Of a DNA stretch of 64,000 bases, positions 63,451-64,000 are shown piece after piece (positions within the stretch are counted from its first letter, which is position 1; each line of letters opens with the position of its first letter). The notes under the pieces were generated by a model. The model searched no databases, was not told the origin of the DNA, and was given only the letters and a program-made list of their open reading frames with translations. The DNA is taken from contig NC_043013.1 of assembly GCF_006345805.1 (NCBI RefSeq), positions 5,146,001-5,210,000 of the forward strand, in the 5' to 3' direction. The DNA comes from Octopus sinensis. Taxonomy: Eukaryota. Position numbers and translations under genes: made by a program.

Positions 63451-64000
63451 TATATATATATCATCTTTTTGCAGAGGGCTACATCTAGATCAACCTTCCA
63501 CTCTTACTGCTTCGTGTGCAAAAATGACTAGTGGCACTTAGTTCACACCATTTATACCAACCCCCCCATAATTAGACAATATCCTTTCAACACCAATCCA
63601 ATAGGATAAAACGCCTGTGATGGCATGACATTGTGCAATTTGCAAACATTTCCTTCCACCACCATTACCCAAATTTCAAGCACCTCCTCCGGCGTTTGAT
63701 TGTTCAACTAATAAATGCCACTTGGGAAAAATCCCTTCTTCCTCAGTGTCAATATTTTGAGTATTGTTATCACTAGCGATATCAAGATATAACTTTGTAT
63801 TTTATGTGTAGATGTATATATATATATAGATGTACATGTAATATATACACATATATATACTCATATATACATGCACTAGCACTATGACCCGGCAATGACG
63901 TAATGTCTGGTCTTTCGCATGTAGCAGGTATGTAATTGTGCATTTGTTTCCGTGTACTATGTGTTGTGTGTAAAAAACATCCTGACGAGGGGAGTGTCAA

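Noticed and set aside
63540-63790. Possible further CFAP263 exon or transposase remnant
   Set aside because: The minus-strand frame has a stop, no coiled-coil character and no recognisable motif.

Overview
AT-rich, repeat-dense animal genomic DNA. It is most likely an octopus, inferred from my recollection of the SINE/RTE families rather than from a search. Two convergent multi-exon genes could be assembled by hand, with all splice phases consistent. (1) A + strand gene (3385-22712, 7 exons in view, start exon not found) encodes a signal-peptide/C2H2-zinc-finger/Cys-rich/transmembrane protein resembling a plant-type uncharacterised family, and uses one GC-AG intron. (2) CFAP263/CCDC113 lies on the - strand (6 exons, 62455-33560; its 5' exons lie beyond the window). 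The rest is intronic or intergenic TE landscape: a near-full-length decayed Penelope-like element (RT + GIY-YIG) with an inverted pseudo-LTR, RTE, CR1 and Tx1-like LINE pieces, mariner/hAT/piggyBac/Helitron derivatives, three SINE families and microsatellites. The most notable signals are at least four structurally complete type I hammerhead ribozyme motifs, three with unusually long stem II loops and one sense to the CFAP263 pre-mRNA. Also notable are recurrent fold-back inverted duplications at (TA)n tracts inside introns, and an RTE 3' UTR that is turning into satellite arrays.
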